Positions 25,161-36,485 of a DNA stretch of 64,000 bases are shown here, piece by piece. The DNA comes from Felis catus (taxonomy: Eukaryota): positions 181,910,001 to 181,974,000 of the forward strand of contig NC_058368.1 in assembly GCF_018350175.1 (NCBI RefSeq), read 5' to 3'. Both the position numbers and the translations under genes were made by a program. A model generated the notes under the pieces. It made no database searches. It had not been told where the DNA came from and saw only the letters and a list, made by a program, of their open reading frames with translations. Each line of letters begins with the position of its first letter. The first letter of the stretch is position 1.

Positions 25161-27199
25161 GCAATGTGTATTTATTCCTCAGTTTGAAATTTTAGCTGAT
25201 AACAAGTCTAAATCCCTTTCTTTTCATATAGGCATGTAAAGTGAATGATGTTTTTTATGGTGCTCAGTTTCGAGTTTCTTACTATAATAACAAAAAAAAA
25301 TAGAGAAGATTATTGAGTAACTGTAGTAGAAAATGATCTGAATACATTTAGGAGAATATAAGAAAAGTAGTACTTTTGAGGAAATCATAAGGAAAGAGAG
25401 ATGTGAATTTATCCTCATAAAATTTCAAAGTTTCTGCATACCTTCTGAAACTAACTTATGTATGTTGTTCCTCCATTAGACTAACATTTCTAGGGAGTTG
25501 AAGTGCCCTACCAAAAAATAAACTTCAACAAGAACACTCTTCTTGATAAATCCTCATACTGCTTTGGGTGGCTTTATTCTTTCTCAAAGTATACCATGTC
25601 TGAAAATATCTTATTTTTTTATTCACTTATAGTCAGCTTAAGAATTCCTTCTCCATCTGCTTTTATTCCCTGTTTTAATTTAAAAGGAAGAGCTGCCTAA
25701 ACTTAGTAAATCAATACACAGCAGCATACACTAATGCATTTATTAGGATGTTAAAATCTTGTTTCCTGTTAGTCAGTATGGCTCACCTATACTTTCAGGT
25801 TGGCTGTGAGGACATTTTTATAAATGATCTTTCTCTGAAATGTTTTACTTGTTGAGGATTTTGCATTGATGAAGGTGCAGGAAGTTACTTGACCATTTAC
25901 CACCAAAGTTCCAGAGCTATCGCTTTGTTCTCACCCACAGGGCAGGCTTAACAATTTAACAATACGTAAACATCTCCTTGAATATTAAGTGCTTAATCAA
26001 ATATTCTGTTTCAGCACAGACCTCTCAGCCAAATGGGGCAATGTGGAATGAACATATGAGTAGATATTGAGATTGCACTGCTTTCTAACAAAACTGAAGG
26101 GTTGGCTCTTCTACTTCATGAAGTTTATAAATGACCAAGACCTTTTGGAGTGATTTACAACTATTTATTGTAATTCCGCTGATGAGAGCTGCTTTCCTTC
26201 TAAGCAGTATAACAAAATGCGCTGCACTCTCAATGATGTGTCATAAAGGGGGACCCAGGAAGGAAAGTTGAGCACAGACTGTGCTGCTCTGAGCAGGAAG
26301 CTAGCTCCCAATGGTGACAATGTCTTTTTAGCCCTATTCTCATATCAAGTGGGAAATTACAAACACATTAATGCCCTCCAGTCAAATACTTGCCAAAACA
26401 ACAGATGGCCCTACCACTAAGCAACCTTGACCTTGTGGTTACCTGCCCTGTCAATCAGACACGGGATCTCTTCTCTGGGGAAAACACTGTCTTCTGTGCA
26501 ACACAGCATATTCAACCATTGTTGCAGATTTAATAAAACACATACTTCATACAGCAAATATGGACACATTGTCTTTCCTCACATGAACTAAAGTACTGGC
26601 ATGCTACATCAATTCCCTGAAGCCTTCAAATGCTTCCACAAAAACACTAGACAGAAATGGAACACTGCTGAGCCAGAATCAACAGTTATATTTCAACATT
26701 TGAAATCAAAAAGCTCCATTTGGGGGCTGACAGAACACTAGAGTGTCATATACCACACAAGGAAGAGCTTACGTAAATCACAGGGAATAGTCATTGTCTA
26801 CAGATCAAATATATGTTGTTAACCAATGTGCTGACGGATGCATTAGGTGTAAAAATCTTCCAAATAGTTTAGAGAGCATATAGCATTTGGTGGTAAAAGA
26901 AAGAATGCTCTTACAAATGTTAAAACTCAATAAAACAAATGCTGACATCAAAATATCTAAATAGATGCATGGATGCTGACATTCAGAGTCCAGCCATGCA
27001 ACTCAATCACAAGGTCATTGGAAACCTAGTGTGGCTTTTGTTTCTGCAACCAAGAGGCATTCTTTGTGAGATGAGCTATACACCTATGAGGTATATATCT
27101 GGGGATTGAGGAGGCTAAGTGATAGTATCACAAAGATTTAATGAACTCAAACTCACCTCCGCATAGCCTTAATGTTAACTGGCTACTGTTACAATAAGT

Positions 27200-27460
27200 A
27201 ATTTAGCACAACGAGCAAGAATTTGGGTTCTTGATCTAAGACGAGCGTGTGCTTGAGCCCTAAGACTGGCCCTTGCTACCTCCACCCTTTGGACATATTA
27301 TATAAACCCTCTACCTCAGTTTCTTTATCAGTCAAATGAGTAATACTTTTTTCTCAGATATCCCTGTGATCATTAAATGCAATAAAGTGTATTAAACCCT
27401 TAGCATACTGCCTTGTACAGATCAAGAGTCATTAAATGTTAGTTATTATTAATAAATGTT
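27200..27460 (+). mobile_element. MIR
   Basis: 'acctcagtttctttatcagtcaaatgag...cattaaatgcaataaagtgtattaaacccttagcata'. Confidence 0.7.
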
Positions 27461-27714
27461 CATCACTGCTATTAATAGTTTAGTAAATCTTGGGGAAATG
27501 ACTTATGCACTCAGCCTATTTTCTCATCTGCAGAAAGAGAAATTGGAATAGATTATTATGATAAAATACTTCCAGCTCTAGCATTCCATAGATTTGTAAC
27601 TCCAATTTATTGCTGGTAAATATAGATGCCTCCTACAGACAAATAATAGGGCACTAATGCATTTTTAGAACATAAAATGTTTAAGCTGGCATTTTATTTA
27701 CTAAAAGGTCCAAG

Positions 27715-27815
27715 GCAGTACATCATTAAATCCTCACCACAATTCTGGAAACCATTAAGAGATGAGGAAACTGAGGCCCAAAGGAGTTAAGGGCCTGCCT
27801 ATGGTCACACAACTT
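27715..27815 (-). mobile_element. MIR core
   Basis: 'agatgaggaaactgaggcccaaaggagttaagggcctgcctatggtcacaca'. Confidence 0.8.
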
Positions 27816-27952
27816 CTAGGACTAACAACTGAGGTAGTTGATCAATAGGATGGAGAAAGGAGAGCGGAAGCACAAGTTCCCACAGGCAAACTTGTCAAAG
27901 AAACAGAAAGAGCAGGCAACCATTACGATGCTGCGGCCTGGCACCTAGAAGG

Positions 27953-28002
27953 TGGGATGACTAAAGCTAGGGCTCTGTGGGATGACTAAAGCTAGGGCTC
28001 TG
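27953..28002. repeat. Perfect 25-bp tandem duplication
   Basis: tgggatgactaaagctagggctctg x2. Confidence 0.95.
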
Positions 28003-28214
28003 CAGCCAAGGGGAAGAAGAGAAGTGATGGAGGGCTAATTTATTTAACATAAATAATGTATCCCTTAATTATCTGCCACATGATTAAGTAATTGTAATGT
28101 AAATAATTTAAATCAAGGGAAGGGGAAGACATCAAGCATAGGGAGCTCTTTAAAAAAAAAATGTACTTGTGAGGTGGAGGTCAATTTGGATTTCAAATAA
28201 AGACCTCATGAGAT

Positions 28215-28400
28215 AATTTATTCATTGATATTATGGTGTGCTGCTGTGTGCCAGGCATTGTGCAAGGCTCTTGGAACATACCGATGAATAATGGGAGCTG
28301 TAAACTTAGAGCGACACATAGTCTAATGAGGAAGACAGCTGTATAACCAAGAAATTGTATTATAACTGTCACCAGTCTTATGGAAGAATATAGGAGGGGG
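28215..28400 (-). mobile_element. L2 fragment
   Basis: 'tgctgtgtgccaggcattgtgcaaggctcttggaacatac'. Confidence 0.65.
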
Positions 28401-28632
28401 CAACCAACTGCCAGCAACTTCACTAAGGATAGACTCCAGGTGGGGCTAAAGATAGAGCAAATAGAAGAACCAGATGCCTGGGAGACAGAGTGGGAAGTGA
28501 GCTTGCCTCAGTACCTTCTAAACTGGGTACTATTTTTATTATTATTGTTTTTTAAGGAGAATGTTATCCTACTGTTAAAGGAAAATTTAATGGGGCTTGT
28601 TCTTTATTCTTATGAAAGAAAGGAGTGTATTG

Positions 28633-28841
28633 TTTTTTAAGTTTATTTATTTATTTTGAGAAAGTGCATCGAAACTTGTGCAGGGGAGAGGCAGAGAGAG
28701 AGGGAGACAGAGAATCCTGAGCAGGCCCCATGCTATCAGTGCAGAGCTCAATGCTGAGCTCTGTCTCACAAACCATGATGTCATGACCTGAGCCGAAAGC
28801 AAGAGTCAGACGCTTAATGGACTAAGTTACCCAGACACCCC
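28633..28841 (-). mobile_element. CanSINE
   Basis: 'tttaagtttatttatttattttgaga...catgacctgagccgaaagcaagagtcagacgcttaa...cacccc'. Confidence 0.92.
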
Positions 28842-28934
28842 TGTTCTTGGTAACTTTTAACACAACACTTTAAGGAATGACAATTCAAAGATGAAGCCCA
28901 CCAAGCAAAAATAAAGTTCAAGTTGGGAAGGTAG

Positions 28935-29200
28935 GACTGTGTTGTGAGGACGGTCAGGCTTCGGAGAGAAATTTCCTGTGTCTGTATCCTCTCCCCACTT
29001 GGCTGTAACTGGGAGACTTTGGGCAGATCACCTCCACTTTGGTAAGCTTGTTTCTTCCTCTACGAAAGGAAGACAACAGTAATAATAGTAATTGCCACTC
29101 TGAAAGGTTGTTGTGAAGATTAGATGAAATAATCCATATACTGAGGTTAATACAGAGACTGAGAAATCACAAGTGATCTGTAATGTGTGACTATTATTAG
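28935..29200 (+). mobile_element. MIR
   Basis: 'gactttgggcagatcacct...aaggttgttgtgaagattagatgaaataatccatat'. Confidence 0.7.
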
Positions 29201-29724
29201 CAGCATCGCTATTAATATTACTACTTCTAAATGCCCTTCTAGAGGGGCATTTAAGGCTCAGAACCTCTGTGGCTCTGAGAAAAACTGACAACCTTTCTGA
29301 GACTGAAATAATCTTCTAACAATGGAGAGAAATCCCAATATACAATGCCTTCTATACAATATGATACACATAAGCTATAGTGTCATTTATAAAACTTATA
29401 GAACATGCAATTTATTTTAAATTATAGAAAGTATATAAATTCTGATGGTCAAGAACAAAAGCTTGATTAGGCTTTCCTACTTACTGGTTTTATAATTTGA
29501 GTAAGTCAATTATCAAAGAAACAAAATTTTCTCATCTGGAAAATGGGTTCATTTTCTCTAACCCATTAAAAGAAAAAAAGTTCTGAAAAATAATATTAAT
29601 AAAAAAACAACAAGTATGAGTCTCAGGGTATGCCATTGTATATCCAAATCATAGCAAAAGTCCCTGTGCTAATGTCCTTCACAAAAAAAGGTGATTATTC
29701 TTTCTACTAAGATCTTTAAAACTC

Positions 29725-30559
29725 TTTTCTTTTAATTTTATTTTTTTAATTTTCATCCAAATTAGTCAGCATATAGTGCAACAATGATTTCAGGAGTAGA
29801 TTCCTTAATGCTCCTTACCCATTTAGTCCATTCCCTCTCCCACAACCCCTCCAGTAACCCTCTGTTGGTTCTCCATATTTAAGAGTCTCTTATGTTTTGT
29901 CCCCCTCCCTGTTTTTATATTATTTTTGCTTCTTTTGCCTTATGTTCAGCTATTCTGTGTCTTGAAGCCCTAATATGAGTGAACTTATATGATATTTGTC
30001 TTTCTCTAATTTCACTTAGTATAATACCCTCTAGTTCCATCCATGTAGTGTAAATGGTAAGATTTTATTCTTTTTGATTGCTGAGTAATAGTCCATTGTA
30101 TACATATACCACATCTTCTTTATCCATTCATTCATCGATAGACATTTGGGCTCTTTCCATACTTTGGCTATTGTCAATAGTGCTGCTATGAACATTGGGG
30201 TGCATGTGCCCCTTTGAAACAGCATATCTGTATCCCTTGGATAAATACCTAGTAGTGCAATTGCTGGATTGTAGGATAGTTCTATTTTTAATTTTTTGAG
30301 GAACCTCCATACTGTTTTCCAGTGTGGCTGCACCAGTTTGCATTCCCACCAGCAGTGCAAAAGAGATGCTCTTTCTCCGCACCCTCGCCCACATCGTTTG
30401 TTGCCTGAGTTGTTAATGTTAGCCATTCTGACAGTTGTGAGGTGGTATCTCGTTGTGGTTTTGATTTGTATTTCCCTGATGATGCGTGATATTGATAATT
30501 TTTTCATGTGTCTGTTGGCCATCTGGATGTCTTCTTTGGAGAAGTGTCTATTCATGTCT
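29725..30559 (-). mobile_element. 5'-truncated young felid L1
   Basis: T-rich tail, 3' UTR and ORF2 C-terminus on the minus strand. Confidence 0.95.
30031..30555 (-). pseudogene. L1 ORF2p C-terminal (cysteine-rich) fragment
   Basis: [18 protein letters not shown]...[23 protein letters not shown]...CTPMFIAAL; no EN or RT domains; last residues appear frameshifted. Confidence 0.92.
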
Positions 30560-30913
30560 AAAACTACTCTTATGAATCATCCCATTTATATAAAATACGT
30601 GGAGATCTGAGAGATATTCTTTCTCATCTGGCTTCTTTACACCCTGGAGTCCAGTCCATGGCTAAAATCTACTGTTATCTTTGGCATACAAAGTCCTACT
30701 GAAGAGTGTATTAGCATCTGGAATATTGGTGTGTTTTCCCTTTTTCTTTTTTGCTGCTTCACCGGAATAGCTAAACTGGACTACTGGCTCATAAAATTTA
30801 CCATGCTTTTACTTCCTCCCATGTATCCGGAATGTCAAATTTAATCAGTTAAATAGGATAACAGCAGTTGCCTTGATGATGAAGATCCTGGTGAAAAGTA
30901 CAAAATCACTCTA

Positions 30914-31120
30914 GGGGCACCTGAGTGGCTCAGTCAGTAAAGCGGCGACTCTTTGATTTTGGCTCAGGTCATGATCTCATGGTTTGTAGGATTGAATCCT
31001 CATGCTGGGCTCTGTGCTGACAGCATGGAACCTGCCTGGGATCCTGCTCAATCGCTCGTTCTCAAAATAAGCTAACATTAAAAAATAAAAAAAAAAAAAT
31101 TAAAAAAAGACAAAAAACAA
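30914..31120 (+). mobile_element. CanSINE lacking most of the (CT)n region
   Basis: ggggcacctgagtggctcagtcag head and long A-rich tail. Confidence 0.92.
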
Positions 31121-31237
31121 AATCCAACCCTGGTATGTGGGTCATTGTGCTTCCCAAATCATACTTAATTATAAAATAGAAAACTGCAAAATACATGATC
31201 TAGCAATATATAGTGTCACATGACCCATTTAGCATGA

Positions 31238-31672
31238 ATATCAGTTAAGGTTTGGTTATAAGTCAGAAACGAAATCTGGCTAATGGAAGCTAATTTTTCA
31301 ATATCTGAGTACAAGGAAAATCTGAGCAATCAGGCATCTGAAAAGATGGAAACTGGGCAGCTCTGAGTATGCAAATTACAAGAAGCAAAGGAGTATCTCT
31401 TCATGGTGCTACAGTTGAGATGGATCCCTGCCAGCTATTTCCTACCCATATATCATTCATGAAAGATTCAGACATCCATGGGAGAGTCTGGCTGGCCTAC
31501 TGGGGTCAGGTGCCTACCCTTTGGCCAGAGGAGAGCAAGACACCTTGAATGAATATTACACAAAGATTACACATGGTGGGCAAAGTGTACTTTTTCAAAG
31601 GAAAATTAAAATGCTGTTACCAAAAGAGGGGGAATGGATGCTGGGCAGGCACAAACAACAGATGTCCACTGC
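31238..31672 (-). mobile_element. MaLR solo LTR (MLT1K/L-like)
   Basis: 'gctgttaccaaaagagggggaatggatgctgggcaggcacaaacaacagatgtccactgca'. Confidence 0.7.
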
Positions 31673-31734
31673 AGCAGGCCTATTTGGTATATCTTTGATG
31701 AGCCAAAAGACCAGAAACCATGCAAAGACACATG

Positions 31735-31737
<3 letters not shown>

Positions 31738-31783
<46 letters not shown>
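31738..31783. repeat. (CA)~23 microsatellite
   Basis: Read directly from the sequence. Confidence 0.97.
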
Positions 31784-31785
<2 letters not shown>

Positions 31786-32899
31786 TTTGTGTTGATTCCC
31801 AGAGAACGTCCACCTTACATTTAACTGACTTGGTTCCCCTTTTGATTCTTGACTTTCAAAAAATGCTTCCCTCTTTCCAATCTCATTCCCTTTTTCCAGT
31901 TTTCCACATAACATTTTTTTTGGTACAGCTAGGGTATTTTCAATAAATAAAGTCAGCTAAGTATGCAATCCTCCCTTATTGCTGTTATTGAATAAATATC
32001 AAACAGTGCCAAAGACAGAAGTATGATATTTTTTTATAAAAGTCATTCTAAATTACCTTGCATTATTTTTAGTTGGGAAAAAAAAAGAAAGTATTCCTGT
32101 GAAGTGATGATCTACTTTTATTGTCATATTCCACCCTAAAGATGTATCATATATCTTTCCTCTAATGAAGTGTTTTCTAGAAAGTAGAATATAGTCCTCT
32201 GTTTCCAATCTTTAGATGACACACATTGCTATGGTAACCTTGGGTTTCTTGATTTATAAATTTCTTCCTTTGTGAAAGAAGTAATTTCAGTTTAATTTAC
32301 TAATGGAGTTTTCCTCAATCTAGAATAGCAAAAAAAGTCTAACCACACCCCTTTTTATTAATAATCTGTAATCAGAATTTTACAAATGAAAAGGTGTCTC
32401 TCGGAGACCCTGAAACATAATATACAGTAGGAAAAATAAGAAAATATGAATAAAGCAACATATGAAAGCCAAAATATAGTAGCAACCTCAACGACGATTT
32501 CTTTTTTAAAAAATACCATTTATCTTAGATCAAAAGATAAGCTTGGTATTAATAGTAATCAGGATATCAAAAAATCACAATAATGAAACTCCCAAATTCA
32601 TAAAGCATTGTGATCAAGAATACATGTATTTATTTCTTCTTTGTTGTGAAAAAGTCTGGAAGGTAGATTCAAATAGAGAAATGGAATGGTATTTTGACGC
32701 ATAAGAACAAGGCTAACTGTGCCCTAGTTTTACTTCAGTTACTGTTATATTGGATTCAGTGTAGAATTCAAAAAAATATAGAAAACTTTAACTTGATACA
32801 AAGTGAAAACATCCAAATAAATCCAGTTGTTTATCATCTGGCTCTAAGTTTAACCCCTTTGAAAACTGACAGGAAGTTTTAATGGGAAGAGAAGCGGGC

Positions 32900-33060
32900 C
32901 AAGAATCTGAAGACTTCAATTTCTATTGTAAGTTCTACCTTCTGTGTGCTTTGTGTCCTTAGGCAAGTCATGTAACCATTCTGAGTTATGTTTTAAGAGA
33001 CCCTGCCCAGCCTACATCAAATGATGTTTTTAGAATTAAATGTGATAAAGTGTCCAAGGC
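32900..33060 (+). mobile_element. MIR
   Basis: 'tgtgtccttaggcaagtcatgtaaccattctgag'. Confidence 0.65.
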
Positions 33061-33699
33061 TTTGAAATTTTTAAAGTTGGACTCAGATATAGGATATCAA
33101 AATGAAAAGAGCCAAATCATGACATCAGTTTCCTAAGGAGGATGGTAGAGATATTCTGAGATTCTGGTCCCTCACAGAGCCTTATACATCTCATGACTTT
33201 TCCATATGATCCCAGGAAAGGAAAAAGAGATGAAAGGGTGGAAGTTCTACAATTTGAGCACAATGTAAGAACTTTGTGGGAGTGAATATTAACAAAACAA
33301 AGCATGGACTCTCTGGTAAGACGATGAGGATCCGTCCTCATGATTTATTTTCTAAGGTTTATTTCATAAATTTCTATGTTCTTTTATCTGCCTCAGATAG
33401 AACAAAAATATATGGCATTTGTGTTCTCCAAAGAAAGAATAATTAAGCCTTTGTATTGTATAGTTGCCTAGTTTTTAGACAAAAACTCTTCCTCCTTCCC
33501 AAACTATAAACATCTTTAAATTTCAACTTGTGAAGCACACCTCTTTGGATAGATCTGTTAAAATCAAAGTGCTCCTTGCATACGTCTTAATTTGTACCAC
33601 TGTCTAAACCAAGGCTTAGTAAATTTACAATTCTCTCTAGGACGGTTCTACCTAGAGACCTGAGTGGATAGTGGGCTGTCGAGCACAGCTCCAGGTTTG

Positions 33700-33830
33700 C
33701 TCAGAGGGAAGCAGTGAAGAGGAGAAGGAACATGGGGCTTGGAGCTAGAAGGCTTCAGTTGGAGTTTACGTCCTGCCACTTGTCAGCTGTTGGACCTTAA
33801 CCGTAAGTTTCCAACCTCATAGACCAAAAA
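33700..33830 (+). mobile_element. MIR 5' part
   Basis: 'catggggcttggagctagaag...tcctgccacttgtcagctgttggacctt'. Confidence 0.6.
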
Positions 33831-33950
33831 GCTACTACTATCACTTTTCAAGGTCATAGGCCTATGTTCAAGGAGCATTTGCTAAATAAATTAATAAATT
33901 AAATTTGCTTGACTGAGAGTAAATAATAACTGACGGTGTTAGCATCTCAA

Positions 33951-34147
33951 TTTTTTTTAATGTTTATTTTTGAGGGAGAGCAAGTGCAAGCAGGAGAGGG
34001 GCAGAGAGAGAGGGAGACAGAGGGTCAGTGGGCTCTACACTGGGAGCAGAGAGCCTCATGCGGTGCTCAAACCCATGAACCATGAGATCATGACCTGAGC
34101 CGAAACCAAGAGTCAGATACTTATCCCACTAAACCACCCAGATGCCC
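33951..34147 (-). mobile_element. CanSINE
   Basis: 'ttttttaatgtttatttttgag...gagatcatgacctgagccgaaaccaagagtcag'. Confidence 0.92.
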
Positions 34148-34328
34148 TATGGCATGTAAATGTTTAATTTGTTTCTTAACCTTGCATAAAAAATATCTAA
34201 TTTTTCTGATTTTAAAATAACGTATGTCAACCATGGAAAATTTAGAAAATATGGAAAGTACAAAGAAAAGGTAAAAATCTTTCTTATTTCATTCCCCATA
34301 TATGATTGGCAACATTTTCTATTGCTTC

Positions 34329-34329
<1 letters not shown>

Positions 34330-34368
<39 letters not shown>
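34330..34368. repeat. (GT)~19 microsatellite within a probable old L1 fragment
   Basis: Read directly; flanks are AT-rich and L1 3' UTR-like. Confidence 0.95.
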
Positions 34369-34369
<1 letters not shown>

Positions 34370-34834
34370 TGTGTATGATACAATATGTTCTGTATTTTAT
34401 ACATTTTTATATATATTTTATATATATATATTTTATATATTCTGAATTTTTATTAACATGATTAACATAATTAACATTTTTAATATGTTACTTTTCTTCT
34501 ATTAATATATCAGACATATTTTTATATGTGTTCCTATTCTTAAAAATCATGAATTTAATAGCTTCTTAAAATTCCATCCTATGACTCTGCCAAGTTTGTT
34601 TTTCCCTGCCCTGAATTTTGTATTCTTAAATAAATTAATTTAGACATAAAATCTAAGTTTTAAAAAATCAAGCAAAACACAAGTTTAAAGAAATGAGGGA
34701 AAGTTCTATTTACTCCTCTCTGACTGCTGTCCTACTCAGAGATATGTTCTGTAGCACTTGTCTCTGTATCCTTCCACAACTTTTTCAGTGTTCACAAAGA
34801 TAATTTCTATATTTTCGCTACTGCAAATACATAA

Positions 34835-34968
34835 CAGCAGTGTTCCCGGGGAGCATGTTGGAAGGACAAAATCTCAGGTCTCATCCCAGAACTTCTAAAT
34901 GGAATCTGCATTTTTACAGGATCTCAGATAATTTGTACACATACTAAAGTTTGAGAAATTGGTCTAGA
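34835..34968. mobile_element. MER5A-like MITE
   Basis: 'gaatctgcatttttacaggatctcagataatttgtacacatactaaagtttgagaa'. Confidence 0.75.
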
Positions 34969-34969
34969 T

Positions 34970-35503
34970 AGGGATCTTTGGGGCCAAATCCAGTCTGCTG
35001 CTTGTTTTGAATGGCATGCCAAATATGAATTGTTATCACATTAAAAAAATTTACTTATTTTGAGAGAGACAGAGGGCACAAGTGGGGGAGGGGCAGAGAG
35101 AAAGGGAGAGAGAGAAAATGACAAGCAGGTTCCATGCTGTCAATGTGGACCCTGACACAGGACTGACATGTGAGATCATGACCTGAGCCAAAATCAAGTG
35201 TCAAACACTTAACCGACTGAGCCACCGGGGCACCTCAAATTGTTATCACATTTTTAAATGGTTGAAAACAAGTCAAAAGAAGATTAATATTTAGTGACAC
35301 ATGAAAATTATTTGAAATTCAAAGTTCAGTGTCCATAAATAAAGTTTTAATTGAACACAGCCATGCTTATTTGTTGATGTATCATTTATGGCTGCTTTTG
35401 CCCTGCAATGGCAGAATTGAGCAGACAGAACAGAGACTTTATGGCCTGCAGTGCCTAAAATACATATTATCTGTCCCTTTACAGAAAAAGTTTACCAGGA
35501 CTG
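34970..35503. mobile_element. MER58B-like hAT MITE split by a CanSINE
   Basis: 'gggccaaatccagtctgc', 'gaaattcaaagttcagtgtccataaataaagttttaattgaacacagcca', 'ccctttacagaaaaagttt'. Confidence 0.85.
35043..35237 (-). mobile_element. CanSINE nested in MER58B
   Basis: Perfect 15-bp TSD aattgttatcacatt (35028-35042 / 35238-35252). Confidence 0.95.
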
Positions 35504-35950
35504 GTTTATCTGGTAGAGTACCTAGGAGAGTAAAAGTAATTCAATTTATTTAAAAAAAAAATATGTATGATTGAGTGAACTAAAAAACAAGCCAAATATT
35601 TTTGAAATTGTAAATTCATTATATTTCGTAATGAGTCATCTATTTGTTGATATTAACCCTGTTTAACATTTGCCTATTTGCTTATTATCTGTCCCCCCAC
35701 ACTAGACTATAATTTCTAAGAGACCATCTTGTTTACTGAAGCACACATTACACTCAAAAATATTTGTTGAATTTTTAATGTCCATGATAATATCATCAGG
35801 TAGGTACAATTATTATTCATACATATATGAATATATATGAATATAAACAGGAAATTATCTCGCAAGACCACAAGCTAATTAAATGACATAGACCTCAAAT
35901 ATTTCTGCTAGAAATGGGTTTGCTGCTCAGCTTTTTCTCTGAAGAACTTT

Positions 35951-35996
35951 TTTATCTTTTATTTTAGACAGAGAGTGCATGCAAGCTGGGGGGAGG

Positions 35997-36042
<46 letters not shown>

Positions 36043-36165
36043 CCCAAACAGGCTACATGCTCAGCATGGAGTCCAATGCAGGGCTCAGTCCCACAGCCCT
36101 GGGATCATGACCTGAGCCAAAATCAAGAGTTGGACACTCAACCAACTGAGCTACCCAGGTACCCC
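35951..36165 (-). mobile_element. CanSINE
   Basis: (GA)n, canonical end; TSD tgaagaacttt (35940-35950 / 36166-36176). Confidence 0.95.
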
Positions 36166-36273
36166 TGAAGAACTTTAACAGGAAAGTTAGAAAAGAAATA
36201 GCAACACACATTCCTTTATTTGCATTAATAAATAAAGATTGTATTTGGTTGGTACATTAGAAAATGCAGCTTA

Positions 36274-36485
36274 GGGGTACCTGGGTGGCTCAGTCAGTTA
36301 AGCGTCTGATTTCAGCTCAGGTCATGATTTCATGGTCTGTGAGTTCGAGCATCGTCAGGCTCTGTGCTGACAGCTCAGAGTCTGGAGCCTGCTTCGGATT
36401 CTGTGTCTCCCTCTCTCTCTGCTCCTTCCCCTCTCACACTCTGTCTCTCAAAAATGAATAAACGTTTAAAAAAAGAAAAAAGAAA
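36274..36485 (+). mobile_element. CanSINE (SINEC_Fc2-like)
   Basis: Perfect TSD agaaaatgcagctta (36259-36273 / 36486-36500). Confidence 0.95.

Noticed and set aside
26010..26031. REST/RE1 site
   Set aside because: Only the ttcagcac half matches; the GGACAG half is missing.
30031..30555. 174-aa ORF as a functional gene
   Set aside because: It is the C-terminus of L1 ORF2p in a 5'-truncated young insertion; the open frame reflects recency.
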